Source: Candidatus Omnitrophota bacterium (GTDB lineage: Bacteria > Omnitrophota > Omnitrophia > Omnitrophales > Aquincolibacteriaceae). Taken from it: a DNA stretch of 64,000 bases. Of this stretch, positions 20,077 through 31,900 are shown in pieces. The DNA is taken from assembly GCA_022711115.1 (NCBI GenBank), contig JAKLFP010000006.1, positions 86,214 to 150,213 of the forward strand, read 5' to 3'. A program made the position numbers and the translations under genes. The notes below the pieces were generated by a model that searched no databases, had not been told where the DNA came from, and saw only the letters and a list, made by a program, of their open reading frames with translations. Every line of letters starts with the position of its first letter. Position 1 is the stretch's first letter.

Positions 20077-20895
20077 TTAAGTGAGTTCCTTCAAAGCTTT
20101 TTCCACTTCCGCCGGCGTCGGAGCCACCCCGTGATAATGATTATTCCCTTCCATGAATGAAACACCTTTGCCTTTAATCGTATGTGCCACGATCATTGCC
20201 GGTCGATCTTTGACCTTTTTGGCTTTTTCAACAGCGTTCAAAATCGCCTTGAGATCATGCCCGTCGATCTCCTGTACATGCCAGCAGAAAGATTCCCACT
20301 TTTTGATGACGGGTTCCATATCGCAGATCACGCGGGTGGCATCATCCAGCTGGAATTTATTATAGTCAAGGAACGCAATCAGATGATCCACCTTATGATG
20401 CGCAGCCATGGCCGCGGCTTCCCAGGTCTGGCCTTCATTCATCTCACCATCGCTTGTGACCACGTAGGTATAATAATTTTTTTTATCAAGACGCCGCGCA
20501 AGCGCCATCCCGATCCCCATCGATAATCCCTGTCCAAGAGACCCCGTGGAAGCTTCCACACCCGGTAGCTTCCGACGATCCGGATGCCCTTGAAGGGGGC
20601 TGCCAAATTTGCGAAAATCTTTTAACGTGCTAGGATCAAAATAGCCGGCCTCCGACAATACAGAATAAAGCGCCGGCGAGGCATGTCCTTTACTTAAAAT
20701 GCAGCGGTCACGGTCCGGCCAATGAGGATCCTGGGGGTTGTGGTCCATGAGGTTAAAATAGAGGGCGACCAGTATTTCAGTCGCGGAAAGCGAGCCGCCC
20801 GGATGACCGGAGGCTGCGGCACCCGTCATCTCGACGATATGTCGGCGAACCACTTTTGCCTTGGCCTTAAGCTGTTCTATCGAAAAATTTTCCAT
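20077..20895 (-). CDS. Transketolase, N-terminal (TPP-binding) subunit.
   Basis: 272 aa. GHPGGSLSATEILVALY and GSLGQGLSMGIGMA are the TPP-binding motifs. Confidence 0.9.
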   Translation of the reverse strand: MENFSIEQLKAKAKVVRRHIVEMTGAAASGHPGGSLSATEILVALYFNLMDHNPQDPHWPDRDRCILSKGHASPALYSVLSEAGYFDPSTLKDFRKFGSPLQGHPDRRKLPGVEASTGSLGQGLSMGIGMALARRLDKKNYYTYVVTSDGEMNEGQTWEAAAMAAHHKVDHLIAFLDYNKFQLDDATRVICDMEPVIKKWESFCWHVQEIDGHDLKAILNAVEKAKKVKDRPAMIVAHTIKGKGVSFMEGNNHYHGVAPTPAEVEKALKELT

Positions 20896-20996
20896 GAATA
20901 TAAGGACTGTCCTGACTGCTCATTAAAACACTTGTATAGGGGAATGAGGAATGAAGTTTAACGGCTTTCAGTGTTACCGTCAATGACTAAAAACCT

Positions 20997-22169
20997 GTGG
21001 TTTGTCCGTTGCGCGCCTTGCCCTCTGCGTGTTATTCTTACGACATGTCCAAACCAGCGGCTCTGATCATCGGCTCCAGCGAGAAAGATTCTGACCTTTT
21101 TTATGCAACAAAGTTCATCGCACCGGATCCTTTTATTTTTGTGGAGATCCGGAATAAAAAATATCTCCTCGCTAACGATCTTGAGATCGACCGTGCCAAA
21201 AAACAGGCCGCCGTTCATGCCGTGGTCTCAACCTCTGTTTTAAGCAAAGCCTACCGCGCAAAGTTCAAGAAAGCCGCACCCCTCGAGGAGAAGCTTTTCT
21301 GGTTCCTGAAAAAGCATCGGGTCAAGTCCTTGATCATTCCTGCGGATTTCCCAGTCCGGTATTACGAGCCTTTAAAGCGCGCGGGATTCCGGATTCGCTA
21401 CAAAAATCCTCCTTTTTATGAAAAGCGCAGCATCAAGAACCGCTATGAAATTGCGGCGATCAAACAAGCTCTTCGCGCCACGGAATATGCCGTCGCGAAA
21501 GCGATCCAGGTCCTGAAAAAAAGCGTCATCAAAAAAAACAGGCTTTATTACAAATCAAAGCTTCTCACCAGCGAATTTCTCAAAACGATCATCCATCAAT
21601 CTCTTCTGGAAAAAAGCTGCATCGGAGAACATACGATCGTTTCCTGCGGCCAGCAGACCATCGACCCGCATCACCGCGGCTCCGGCCCCCTTTACGCGCA
21701 CCAACCGATCATCATGGATGTCTTCCCCCGTCATGAGCAAACGCTTTATTACGCGGATTTCACGCGCACGGTTGTCCGCGGCAAAGCTTCGCCTGTGTTG
21801 AAAAGAATGTATGCTGCCGTCAAAGAGGGCCAGAAAATTGCCTTTCAAATGATCCGTGCGAGGATGGACGGGAAAAAAGTTCATGCCGCAATTCAAGAAA
21901 GATTCTCGCAATCCGGTTTCCAGACCGGAAACATGGGAGGTCGCATGCAAGGTTTTTTCCATAGCACAGGACACGGCCTCGGGTTGGATATCCACGAGCC
22001 GCCGCGCATCGGCGCCGCCACTGACCTCTTGAAGGCGGGGCAGGTGGTGACTGTGGAGCCCGGACTTTATTATAAGGGTATCGGCGGTGTACGTCTGGAA
22101 GATGTGGTGCTTGTCACAAAAAAAGGCTGCACCAACCTCACTAAATTTCCTAAATTCTTAGAACTCTAA
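20997..22169 (+). CDS. Xaa-Pro aminopeptidase / M24B peptidase.
   Basis: 390 aa. HSTGHGLGLDIHEPP and the VVTVEPGLYY metal-ligand motifs of the M24 family. Confidence 0.88.
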   Translation: MVCPLRALPSACYSYDMSKPAALIIGSSEKDSDLFYATKFIAPDPFIFVEIRNKKYLLANDLEIDRAKKQAAVHAVVSTSVLSKAYRAKFKKAAPLEEKLFWFLKKHRVKSLIIPADFPVRYYEPLKRAGFRIRYKNPPFYEKRSIKNRYEIAAIKQALRATEYAVAKAIQVLKKSVIKKNRLYYKSKLLTSEFLKTIIHQSLLEKSCIGEHTIVSCGQQTIDPHHRGSGPLYAHQPIIMDVFPRHEQTLYYADFTRTVVRGKASPVLKRMYAAVKEGQKIAFQMIRARMDGKKVHAAIQERFSQSGFQTGNMGGRMQGFFHSTGHGLGLDIHEPPRIGAATDLLKAGQVVTVEPGLYYKGIGGVRLEDVVLVTKKGCTNLTKFPKFLEL

Positions 22170-22298
22170 AGGTTGTTGGTGCTGCACTAAATTCCTTATT
22201 CAAAAAAATTAATGGGAGTCAGTGCTGCACCAACCTTACTAAATTTCCTAAACATTTGGAAATTTAAGATCCTGGCAATGCCGGGTACTGCAGAAGCT

Positions 22299-22664
22299 TT
22301 ATCGACCGCCTCTCATGACACCAGAAACAAGCGCTTCTTTTTTCTTCCTCGGCCATTCTTTGACTTCACATTCACGGACAAGGGCCTGTGTCCTATCTCC
22401 GCATTTCTCATGGTAGACCATTTCTACCGGTCGATGCACCCGCGTGTAACGAGAGGCCTTGCCGGTCTGATGCATTTTGAGACGCCGTTCCAGATCTTTA
22501 GTGATCCCCGTATAGAATGAATCGTCGCAGCATTTGAGAATATAAAGAAACCAATCTCCGCGGGTTTTTTCCCTCCGGGAAATCTTCTTCTTTTTTTGAA
22601 GCCCTTGAAGCATTTTTTTATAGGTTGGATGCATCTTAGAATCCGATCCACGTGCAAGGCGCAA
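22299..22664 (-). CDS. GIY-YIG nuclease family protein.
   Basis: 121 aa. WFLYILKCCDDSFYTGITKDLERRLKMHQ carries the GIY...YIG motif pair. Confidence 0.8.
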   Translation of the reverse strand: MRLARGSDSKMHPTYKKMLQGLQKKKKISRREKTRGDWFLYILKCCDDSFYTGITKDLERRLKMHQTGKASRYTRVHRPVEMVYHEKCGDRTQALVRECEVKEWPRKKKEALVSGVMRGGR

Positions 22665-22693
22665 GGTTAGAAGGTCTTTTAGACACGCGTTGC

Positions 22694-23146
22694 TTATTGC
22701 TTTTTTGGGTCTTTAACGCGATGATGATACTTTATCGTTACAAAAACAACCGCGGTGAAAAATATCAGGTTGCTGTATCCAAACAGCCTGAAACTTAATT
22801 CCTTGGACGCGAAAGTCGCCGGCAACATCAAAAGGATGCAAGTCCAGACCCCCAAAAGCCACACCAGACTGATATCGTCCGAGGATTTGCGTTTGATGAT
22901 CCTGAGGATCATGGGGATGTTGAAAAGCGGCATGACAGCTCCCGCATAGATGGCGATATGCTGAAAGATCTCCATTTTTACTTGTACCATTCCCTTGTGA
23001 TGGCTCTGACTTTTTCCTGAGCTTCCGCTACAATCTCCTCCGGCTGACGCTTCCCAGCGTTCATCCCCGACGCGGTCACGGCGCGAATGTCCGAAAATCC
23101 CATGAGTTGAAATTCCACTCTTGCCAGACTTACCGCGTGTTCCCAA
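22694..23146 (-). CDS. Small polytopic membrane protein, possibly PQ-loop/SemiSWEET-like. The start is probably internal.
   Basis: Three hydrophobic helices in the C-terminal ~95 aa (MEIFQHIAIYAGAVMPLFNIPMILRII...). The N-terminal 50 aa is low-complexity and overlaps the azoreductase gene. Confidence 0.35.
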   Translation of the reverse strand: MGTRGKSGKSGISTHGIFGHSRRDRVGDERWEASAGGDCSGSSGKSQSHHKGMVQVKMEIFQHIAIYAGAVMPLFNIPMILRIIKRKSSDDISLVWLLGVWTCILLMLPATFASKELSFRLFGYSNLIFFTAVVFVTIKYHHRVKDPKKQ

Positions 23147-23592
23147 GAGGCCATCGGCCCTTCATAAATCCCCCCGCTCGCCAAGAGAATCAGCGCTTTT
23201 TTCCCAGTCATAAGCCCTATGAATTTTCCGTCCTGGATATCCCAGGTCTCACTTTTGAGCAAAATAGAATCGAAATAAGTTTTAACGCATCCAGGCAAGG
23301 AGAAATTATGCATCGGTGTTGCCAGCACCACAATATCCGCCCCCTTGAACTGGGCGGTCATGCGGTCCATGGTTGCGATGGCCTTTTGATGAACGGCATC
23401 CAGCTTTTGTCCCATATAATTGCGTTGGATATAGGCCTCAAGACTTGTTTCCATGAAAAAGCCGGGGATATCTTTAAGAAGATCCAGAGATTCAATGGGT
23501 TGATTTTTTATGCCTTCCAAAAAAGCATCTGCTAACTTTTTTGTGTAGGATCGTTCTCCCCTTGGAAGATACGTCACCATCAGTGTTTTCAT
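22978..23592 (-). CDS. FMN-dependent NADH-azoreductase / NAD(P)H:quinone oxidoreductase (flavodoxin-like fold).
   Basis: 204 aa. The N-terminus MKTLMVTYLPRGERSYTKKL and the ADIVVLATPMHNFSLP motif are typical of AzoR/ACP phosphodiesterase-like flavoproteins. Confidence 0.7.
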   Translation of the reverse strand: MKTLMVTYLPRGERSYTKKLADAFLEGIKNQPIESLDLLKDIPGFFMETSLEAYIQRNYMGQKLDAVHQKAIATMDRMTAQFKGADIVVLATPMHNFSLPGCVKTYFDSILLKSETWDIQDGKFIGLMTGKKALILLASGGIYEGPMASWEHAVSLARVEFQLMGFSDIRAVTASGMNAGKRQPEEIVAEAQEKVRAITREWYK

Positions 23593-23680
23593 GATCAGTC
23601 TCCTCTTCGAATCTCTGTTTGTTCAAGATCCAGTCTCAAACCAGTTTGCGACCGGATCTTAAAACGGGCCATCTGCAAAG

Positions 23681-24280
23681 TCACTCAAGTTGATCTGCTA
23701 ATTTCTGGGCCAAGGTATCCATTTGTTTTAGTAGGTAATCCGGTACAAGATCTTCTTCTTCGAGCTGACTTTTCGCTGAGTTAAGAAAACCTATTAACCG
23801 CTTCAAAACGCCGTTTCGTTTTTGCTCCTTGGCTTCCGGAGTGTCTTTGGGCTTATGGACTTCAAGGATCTTTTTGACCTGGGCCCGAACTTCCTTGGAT
23901 TCTTTGCCTTCGTTTAAAACATCGTTGCGAAGTTCCGCGAATTCATTGGTAGGAATATTTTTATTATTTTTGGCGAGCCGGAGCAAATTCACAGCTTCAT
24001 AATCCGGGATCTTTCTCGGCGTTTCTTCTTCCGTGTAATCCGGCTTTACAATCCGGGGCTCTTCTTTTTCAAGAAAAGAGTAAGATTTGATCAGTTTGGA
24101 GGCTGTGGCCTCTTTAACGCCTAATTCTTTATGACAATAAGTCTCAAACGCTTGATAGCCCCATTCTTTATAAAGCTTGTTCTTGTAGATCGAAAAAAGG
24201 TGCTGCCCGAGCTCGATCCAGGAAGCTTTGTGTTTTTTAGCCACTTCGACTGTTTTAGCTCTCAACTCATCGCTTCCCAT
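23681..24280 (-). CDS. Hypothetical charged protein.
   Basis: 199-aa ORF rich in K/E with good coding periodicity. No motif recognised. Confidence 0.4.
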   Translation of the reverse strand: MGSDELRAKTVEVAKKHKASWIELGQHLFSIYKNKLYKEWGYQAFETYCHKELGVKEATASKLIKSYSFLEKEEPRIVKPDYTEEETPRKIPDYEAVNLLRLAKNNKNIPTNEFAELRNDVLNEGKESKEVRAQVKKILEVHKPKDTPEAKEQKRNGVLKRLIGFLNSAKSQLEEEDLVPDYLLKQMDTLAQKLADQLE

Positions 24281-24317
24281 GTTTTCCTTTCATGTAACTT
24301 AAAATAACTTTAAACCT

Positions 24318-24944
24318 CTAATTGTTGATTAAAAAAGGCCGTTTTTTAAGCGCCTTTGCCAAAAAAAATCCTAAATTATTTTTAAATAATTTATAAAATC
24401 TGTCCTTCATAGTATTCTTCCTTGGAAAGGCAATCCTCGGAATGGGCTTGCCTAGAAAAGGGCACAACGTCTTCCACCCTTCGCCGTCACAAATCCGAAA
24501 GATCAATAATTGACTCGGTTTTTCCTTAAAATAATGCAACACGTCCGAAGTGTGGTTTAGATATAAATCTTCGCATTTTTCCTTGTCAATTTTTAAAAAA
24601 TCAAACTTATAAAAAGGATCTTTGCGGTTTACCCAGGCGTGCACTTGATTGCTTCGCATCCAAGATTCAAAATCGCGGCCCGTAAAGATAAACTGGCTGT
24701 CGGGATACTGCTGATCCAGGATCTTATAAAACTTTTTTACATTAAACCCCAGAAAGGCATCATATGTTTCAAGGCCGTCTAAAAGTTTTTTACCCTGATT
24801 CATATTTTCTTGAAATAAATCCATGAGGCGTTTGCCTTTAAAAACGTCATGAAGACTCCGATATCCCAAAAGAATCAGAGCCTCATGAAGCGATAAAGTC
24901 CCTGTTTTTCTAAGGCCGATACAAAATATTTTTTTATTTCCCAT
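24318..24944 (-). CDS. Sulfotransferase-family protein (putative).
   Basis: 208 aa. The N-terminal P-loop-like IFCIGLRKTGTLSL resembles the sulfotransferase PAPS-binding (PK.GTT) motif. Confidence 0.4.
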   Translation of the reverse strand: MGNKKIFCIGLRKTGTLSLHEALILLGYRSLHDVFKGKRLMDLFQENMNQGKKLLDGLETYDAFLGFNVKKFYKILDQQYPDSQFIFTGRDFESWMRSNQVHAWVNRKDPFYKFDFLKIDKEKCEDLYLNHTSDVLHYFKEKPSQLLIFRICDGEGWKTLCPFLGKPIPRIAFPRKNTMKDRFYKLFKNNLGFFLAKALKKRPFLINN

Positions 24945-25023
24945 AATTCCTTATCCAAAAAAACAGTTTTATGCTTCCGGTTTGTGCGTTTTTATTCTGA
25001 AAAATCTCCGCCTTGAACTAAAA

Positions 25024-25902
25024 TCAAATAAATTCCAAAAGGACTTTTCGGGGAATCATGCAACATTGATATGCTTCATCCATCAATCTCTGAAATCCCT
25101 CTTCCCCTTTTATGCCAAGTTCTAGCGTAAAATCGTTCACATACATGCCGACAAAACGATCATTCAGGTCTTCCGAAATACCGCGGCCGTACTGAAGCGC
25201 GTATGCTAAGGCTTCGCGACGGTGCGTCAATGCATACTGAATGCTTGTCTTGAAAAGTCTGGCGAAATCCCTGATTGTTTCTTTTCCCAGGTCGCGACGG
25301 ATAATATCGATGCCAAGCGGCAACGGAAGTTTTGTTTTTTCATGCCACCAGACACCCAGATCCACGGCCTTGTTCAGCCCATGCTTTTCATAAGTGATCT
25401 GCCCTTCATGAATGATCAAACCGTAATCTACTTCACCGTTTTTGACAGCATCAAGGATCTTGTCGAAAGGAACAAAAACAGGCGCAAAATTTTTTTCAAA
25501 AAGCTGGAGGACGAGAAATGCCGTAGTTAATTTACCGGGAATCGCTATTTTTTTATTCTTTAAATCGTGCCCCGGCGAACGAGGAGCATCCCCCTTGCAA
25601 ACCAGAATGGGTCCGTAACCATCGCCCACGCTCGCGCCGGAACGCATCACGATATATGGATCCGCCAGATAAGCGTAGGCGTGACAGGAAACGGCCGTCA
25701 CCTCAAGCTCCCCTTGGAGTGCTCGCTGGTTCAGACTTTCGATATCCTCGATCACATGCTCAACCTCGAACCCGCATATATCGATCTTTTTTTTAGCGAG
25801 CGCATAAAACATGAAGGCGTCGTCAGGATCGGGGCTGTGGCCGATGCGGATAAGTTGTTTGCCTGTGGTTTTCATAGGGAAGGCATTATAACGCAATTTC
25901 AA
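25024..25902 (-). CDS. MqnA/MqnD-family protein (futalosine-pathway menaquinone biosynthesis).
   Basis: 292 aa. The conserved N-terminal IRIGHSPDPDDAFMFYAL resembles the MqnA/MqnD SPCPND(T)F motif. Has a periplasmic-binding-protein-like fold signature. Confidence 0.55.
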   Translation of the reverse strand: MKLRYNAFPMKTTGKQLIRIGHSPDPDDAFMFYALAKKKIDICGFEVEHVIEDIESLNQRALQGELEVTAVSCHAYAYLADPYIVMRSGASVGDGYGPILVCKGDAPRSPGHDLKNKKIAIPGKLTTAFLVLQLFEKNFAPVFVPFDKILDAVKNGEVDYGLIIHEGQITYEKHGLNKAVDLGVWWHEKTKLPLPLGIDIIRRDLGKETIRDFARLFKTSIQYALTHRREALAYALQYGRGISEDLNDRFVGMYVNDFTLELGIKGEEGFQRLMDEAYQCCMIPRKVLLEFI

Positions 25903-25992
25903 AAAAATCGGGACTAGTTCCTCGGATCTTGAAACTCTTTTTGGTTTTTTATTGAGACGAATCTCATGGAACGAAATCCGAATCCGTGCTTT

Positions 25993-28900
25993 TTACGCGC
26001 TTCTTGCCATCGCGAACTGCGCTTGGACTTCCGTCACAAGCGTATTGATGCGGTCCCCAGCAAGGGTGAGGAAATTCTTGAGCATTTTAGGCATCACCAG
26101 CATCGTATCCGGCCATTGCGCTTTCAGGGCCACGGCCAAAGGTTCGCTCGCATAGGCCAATGGCTTGAGATTTAAAGATAAAATACCGGTACTGCGCAGA
26201 CGCGCGGCTTCTATATCCAGGAGTTTTCTCGCTTCATCCAGATGATCGGCTGGAAGGATCGGCGGCCGATGGGCTTGGGCAAGCTGGATATTGATTTTTT
26301 CAAGGAAGCCGCGGTCTGCGGCATTACGTACTAATACGATAACAGGCGTATCGCCGAAAATCGGACGGATAGCCGCGATCAAGCCATGATCCAGCGCAAG
26401 TTCAGGAGCAAGGATCAAGGCATCGGAGGTGGAAATTGTTTTAATCCCAAGGGCTTTAAGCGCTTGGGTGAAACGAACTTTGTCCAGAACCTGTTGAGCC
26501 TTTTGCACCATAGAATCCGGCAAAAGCGATATGGCAAGTTCCGCCGCGTTAAAGGCATAAGCCTGAAGCGAAACAAGGCCATCAGTCAGCTTTTCCGTTA
26601 CTCCTTCGAAACCTTGCAGGTTCCCGCCACCTATTTTTCTGTTTTCCCTGATCAGGTCTTCGATAGTTTTCACGGCAACACGCTCTGGCGTAAAAGTCGT
26701 CAAAGTAACCGTAGGAAGCGGAACAGACAAAGGAACATTTCCAACAACGGCTGCTGTCATGGTGGGTGTTACCGTATGAATCGCCATGGTTTGCCGCACT
26801 TCCGAACGTGACGCCTTTCCTTTGTCTGCCTGTAATTCAGAATGGATAGGTTTAAGATGTAAAATTTGCGCATGATCCCCATCCCTGACCGGTACGCGAT
26901 GTTTCCAACCCGAAAGCAAGTTATCGCGTTCTCCATAGTTTTCCCAGGTTAACATATCCACTACTTGGTAACGGACGCCCGGGTCGATCATTCTTTCAAG
27001 ACCGTTTGTAAGTGTTGTCGATACTTTCCCGTCACCGGCTAATTCACCCTCCTGAATGCCGAAAATAATCGAGGCAAAAACCATTTGCCCAGAATCACTT
27101 TTCCTTGCGAAAACAAGAGAACTCTGATTGGAAGGATCAAAAACTGTCCATTGATGTCCTTCAGCATCGGAAAGATTGTCTCCAAAAACAGCTTTGATCT
27201 CTGTGACTGCCTTCCGAAGTTTTGAGTAATATCCCGGGTTCCAATGTGCAACTTCGGATTTTTCTAGAAGTTCCGGTCTAAAAAGAGCTATCAGGGTCAT
27301 TAAGGGCTTTATGTTTTCTCCAAAGTAATGGGCCGCATCTTTAGCCGAAAAACTGGCCATGATCGCCAATTGTTCAAAAAAGTGGTCCGACCGTACAACA
27401 CCGTCTGTTAAAGTGTACCCTCTGCCTTTTTGGCGGACGAGTTGTTTCATAAGCGCCATCGCAGAGGTTTCACGGTTTCGGATCTTTTCCGCAATATTGG
27501 CAACTTCCGGCAACTCAATGGCCTCCCATTCTTGGACTTCCACAGCGATGGGCATCGAGATCGACGCAGGAACTTCCGAAGCGACTTCATCGCTATGTTG
27601 AATGGTGTGCTTTTTCTCGTATTTGGGGTCCGAGATTCGAACAAGAGGAACATTGCCCGTTTTTCCGACCAACCCGGCAAAGATAGCCGGATCGATGGCG
27701 ATGGAAGTCCGAGACTTGAAAAGTTTCCCCCCGCTCGAGGGGACTTCTTCTCTCACAGGAGCACCTGTATTAATATTCACCTGAAGCGGTTTTCCTCCTC
27801 GTGGAGTAAAAATGAAAGATTGGATCTCGGTGCGCCGGCTCTTTAGGGGTTTGGCGGCCGGATGACCTTCAAGGTAACGCACAATATAAACAGCCCAAGG
27901 CTGATATTTGGGACTGACGTTTTGCGTCAATTCTTTTCTTAGTTTATGGGCTTCCGCGGGAGAAGCTTGCATGTAACGTTCAAACCAATCACCCGCCATA
28001 CGAAGCAACAGTTCTTCTGTCAGATCCAAAGCTTCCAAATTAAGCCGGATTCTTGTCTTTTCATCTGCCGTTTCCGCTTCCGCGGCTAATTGTCCGATCC
28101 GTTTTTTAAAGGGCTCCAATCCTGAAGAAAATTTGGTGAGGACTTGCTCGCGTAAATATCTGAAGATATCATCGTAATAAACATGATGCCGTAAGCTGTT
28201 TAAGGCTTCAACGCCGCGCGAAGAAGGGCTTCCCGTGGGCTGCCATGTTTTGATTTCTCGAAATGAACGGAACATCCCGAAAAGCCCCAAGCCTTCAGCT
28301 GAATGTTTTCGGAATCTGCTTAAACCCTCCCACACAAAATCAGGCGCCTGCACAGGAACCGCATAATCGGAAAACTGATATTGAAGCTGGCTAAATAACG
28401 CTTCCCGCTCTTCATTTTCCTTGAGCATATTTTCAAACAAATAGGCGTGCCCCATGGCCTGTCCTGTCACCATATCCACACGCCAGGCGGCCGCTACGGA
28501 TTGATACATACGTTCACGGCGGGTCGCAGGATCTTTTCTTAATGCTTTGACTGTTTTCAAGGCTTCAAAGAGACTGCGGGCCGAAGGGCGCCTCCCCCCG
28601 CCTTCCTGGCTACTTTTCTCGCTATCGTCATAGGCTACAAAAACACCGCTCAAAATCTCCCAGTCACCGCTTCTTAAACGTTCCCTCAAAATGTCCTGAG
28701 TGATCACTTTGGTGTTCGGTTCCCCTTTTTCATTCAAGACATCGATCATCGCCCCTGTTTTTCTGTCGCGGATCACCCAAACCTCGGGGTTGCTTCCGGC
28801 AAAAGGTCCGACAACTTCGCCTCCGTTGGCCATGACTTTCATCATGCTCGTGGCGGAAGCTTCCAGATCTTCATCGGACAGCATAACTCCTGCTTGGGCT

Positions 28901-31900
28901 CCTCGAAAAATAATTTGCGCTTCGTAATAGGTGTAATCTTCGAGAGTGGCTATCCGGTCTTCCAATCCGAGAAGTTCCGTCATAAAACGTATATAAAGAA
29001 AACGGTCATGCGCGTCGTCTGCAAAAGTACGCCCGCCGATCAACAGGCGAGACATGGTACGCCGCAAAACTTCAACTGCCGGCTGGTTTTTAAGACGTTC
29101 CCGAAGCCCTTCAAAATCATTTTTATAGCGTCCATGATTTTGATCCCTTCCATCTCTATACGCTTTCCAAAAAAGAAAAAGTTGATCGAAAGGCCTTGCA
29201 AAAGGGCCGGAAAATTCCACTTTAAGCCCGGCTTGAGTCACCGCTTCTTCCACTCTTCGTTTGAGCGTTTCTTCGGCTTCTACGGCTGTCATGATAGGTT
29301 TTTTTATCTTTTGGGCGGCTTCGTCTGCGGCTTTGGCAGCGGTGTCTTTCAATCTTTCTTCATATTTATCCGGACCTTTATAAGGTACCTGGCGTCTGAC
29401 ATTCGATGAAATAGGATCGCCAAGAAGCAGATCGCGGGCTTTCCCATAATTTTGTTCAAGTGTCGCCCAGTTTTCTGGTCGGTTTTCTTGAATCGCTGTC
29501 GAAAAAAGTTCCTGCATTTCTCTTAAATGTCCCGCCAGCTGCGTGTCATCTAAATGGCGTTCCGTTTGATAATCTCTAAACGTGCTCCCAAGCCAGTCGC
29601 TCGCGCCTTTGAAACCGCGTTTTTCGCGGAGCCAGATCAGAAGCTGGGCTGCATCGGCCGCGCTGACCCATTCATTTTGAATCTTGAATTGTTCGCGCAG
29701 ATCCGAATGTTTTTCAAGCTCCTGGAAAAATTGCCGGTCGTTGGCTTCTGAAGGAAGTCCGTTTTCCGGTTTTGGGATCTGAAGTTCTTGCTTAAAACGT
29801 TCGATCAAAAGCCTTCTTGCCGGAGACTGCCAACGCGGCAGAAAAACACCGTTCGTACTTCGAATACCTTTAGAAGGATCATAAAAACCTTTGACGCGAT
29901 GCCATGCGGCGCGAAAAATATTTTTTAGAAGCGCCGGTAAGTGTTCCACAAGATTGACGCCGGAAATGAGATGAAAAACCTCTGCCGTAAACCCGGCAAT
30001 ATCGATCATACCGTCATGAACCAGCGTGGAGCGCAACCATTCGGGGAATCCCAAAAGCTCGTAGTGACCTTCCCAGGCTTCAAAAAGACCCGGACGAAAA
30101 ACCGTATGGTTCAGTGTCACTCGCTTCGCACTCTTGAGATGCCGCACCGGGAGGCTCACGAACACTTCATGGTCCAGAAGAATGATGTTCTGGGGATTGT
30201 TTTGATTTTCAAGGATTTGGATCAGACGTTCGCTCGCGGCGCTGAAGAAAGCCATATCAATTTCGCGATTACCCGTATCGTCGTAAACCTCCAAAAAGGC
30301 CGGCGCTTCTTCTTGTCCATTCGGACCTTTGACATAGGCGTCCAGATAATACTGCGGTGATTTGTGAAATTGAAAATAAGTTTTGTAAACCCGGAAAGAG
30401 ACCGTTCTGGGAACTCCTCTCACGGGAAGTGTGACCTCCAAGGCAATATCGGTAGGATCTAAAAACTTTTTGATGATCTGACCGAGAAGTTTCCGCTGAT
30501 GATGATCATAACCTTTGCCGGGCTTATTTTTGATGAAGTTCCAAAGCGGATGAATCCCGGTTACATTCATCCCGAGCGCAGCCCAGGCTTCAAAAAGGTC
30601 CGGCATCAAAGCTCCAAGGCCGCCTGTCAAAGTTGTTTGGGAAGCTTCCCCTGCAGTCCAAGCGCTCATCTCCGCAGCGATTTTTTCCAGAACAGGCATC
30701 GGAAGACCGCATTCGAATTGCCGGCTATAAATATGCTGTTTATGAACTCGGGGCGTATTAACTTCGACCCACTTTGGCACCTTTTGCTCCCGCAATTCTG
30801 AACGTGGAAAAGACGGGGTTATCCCGAGTGTTTTGAAATCAATATTGATCAGGCGGGGATGGCTTAAAAAATCCAACGCGACATCCCAGGATTTCAGCGC
30901 AAGACCCGCTGCGACAAGATTTAAAACGGTCCTGCGGTACAACTCAAAATCCGGACGGTCGACAAGCTCATAAGCTTCCATGCCCTCATAGAAAGATCCA
31001 TGGCCTGCAGCGGCAAGCTTTTGGATCCCTGCCAGGAAATGGGTCTTGGTGTTTTCTTCGAAAATCTTTTTTCTGACCCAAACGATTGTTTTCCCTCTCA
31101 CACCGTAATACCAGCTTGTCTTCATATCCACTTCGACAAATTCATCTGGCTCCGACGGCCGCTCATAGGTCACAAGCCACTGAAGCATACCGGCTAAATA
31201 GTTCGGAGTAATAACGGAATGGTCTATCAAGCTTCGCACCTCGGATCGCCGGTAACGAATGGTTACTTTGGAATTGTTGATCACGGTGTTTTCCCAACCG
31301 CGGGAAGAAGCAGTGACCGATTGGGTTCCCCAGCTTACGGAAACAAACCGGTATCTATTCATATCTGAAATGCCCGCAGCCCTGATTCCGTCAGCACCTT
31401 CAAAATGATTGTCAATGAATTGCCTCACGGTCAGTCCGCGCGGCACATTGATAAAATTGATTGCGATCAGATTTGAAGCGGGCGCAGAAGGTTTCGGCAT
31501 CTCTTGTTGTTTAGGCGCCGGCGGAAGTATTCCCATAATCTTCGCCGCCATTGCTTCCCCGGCAGCTTTCGCTTTTGTTTCATCCGCCACAGTTAAAGGT
31601 ATTTCTTTTTGAACTGGTTCGACGGGTGTTGTTTTTACCGTTGGCACAGACGGTGTATTCCGGGAAGATAGCGCGGCAGCTTCTTCGGTTTTGGACAAAG
31701 CTTGTATGACAAAATGGAGCTCATTCGTCCACGGGTGATCAGGTCGACGGTCTAAAATAGTAAGCGCTTGGATCCGATGGAGAGGATAATGCTCAGGCTG
31801 GTCTCGAAGCATACGGCGCACCGCTTCAGCAATACGTTCCGGAGCTTCGCCCATGCCCACATGATGCACAAGCTTGCGATTGCTATAGCTTGTATCCGTG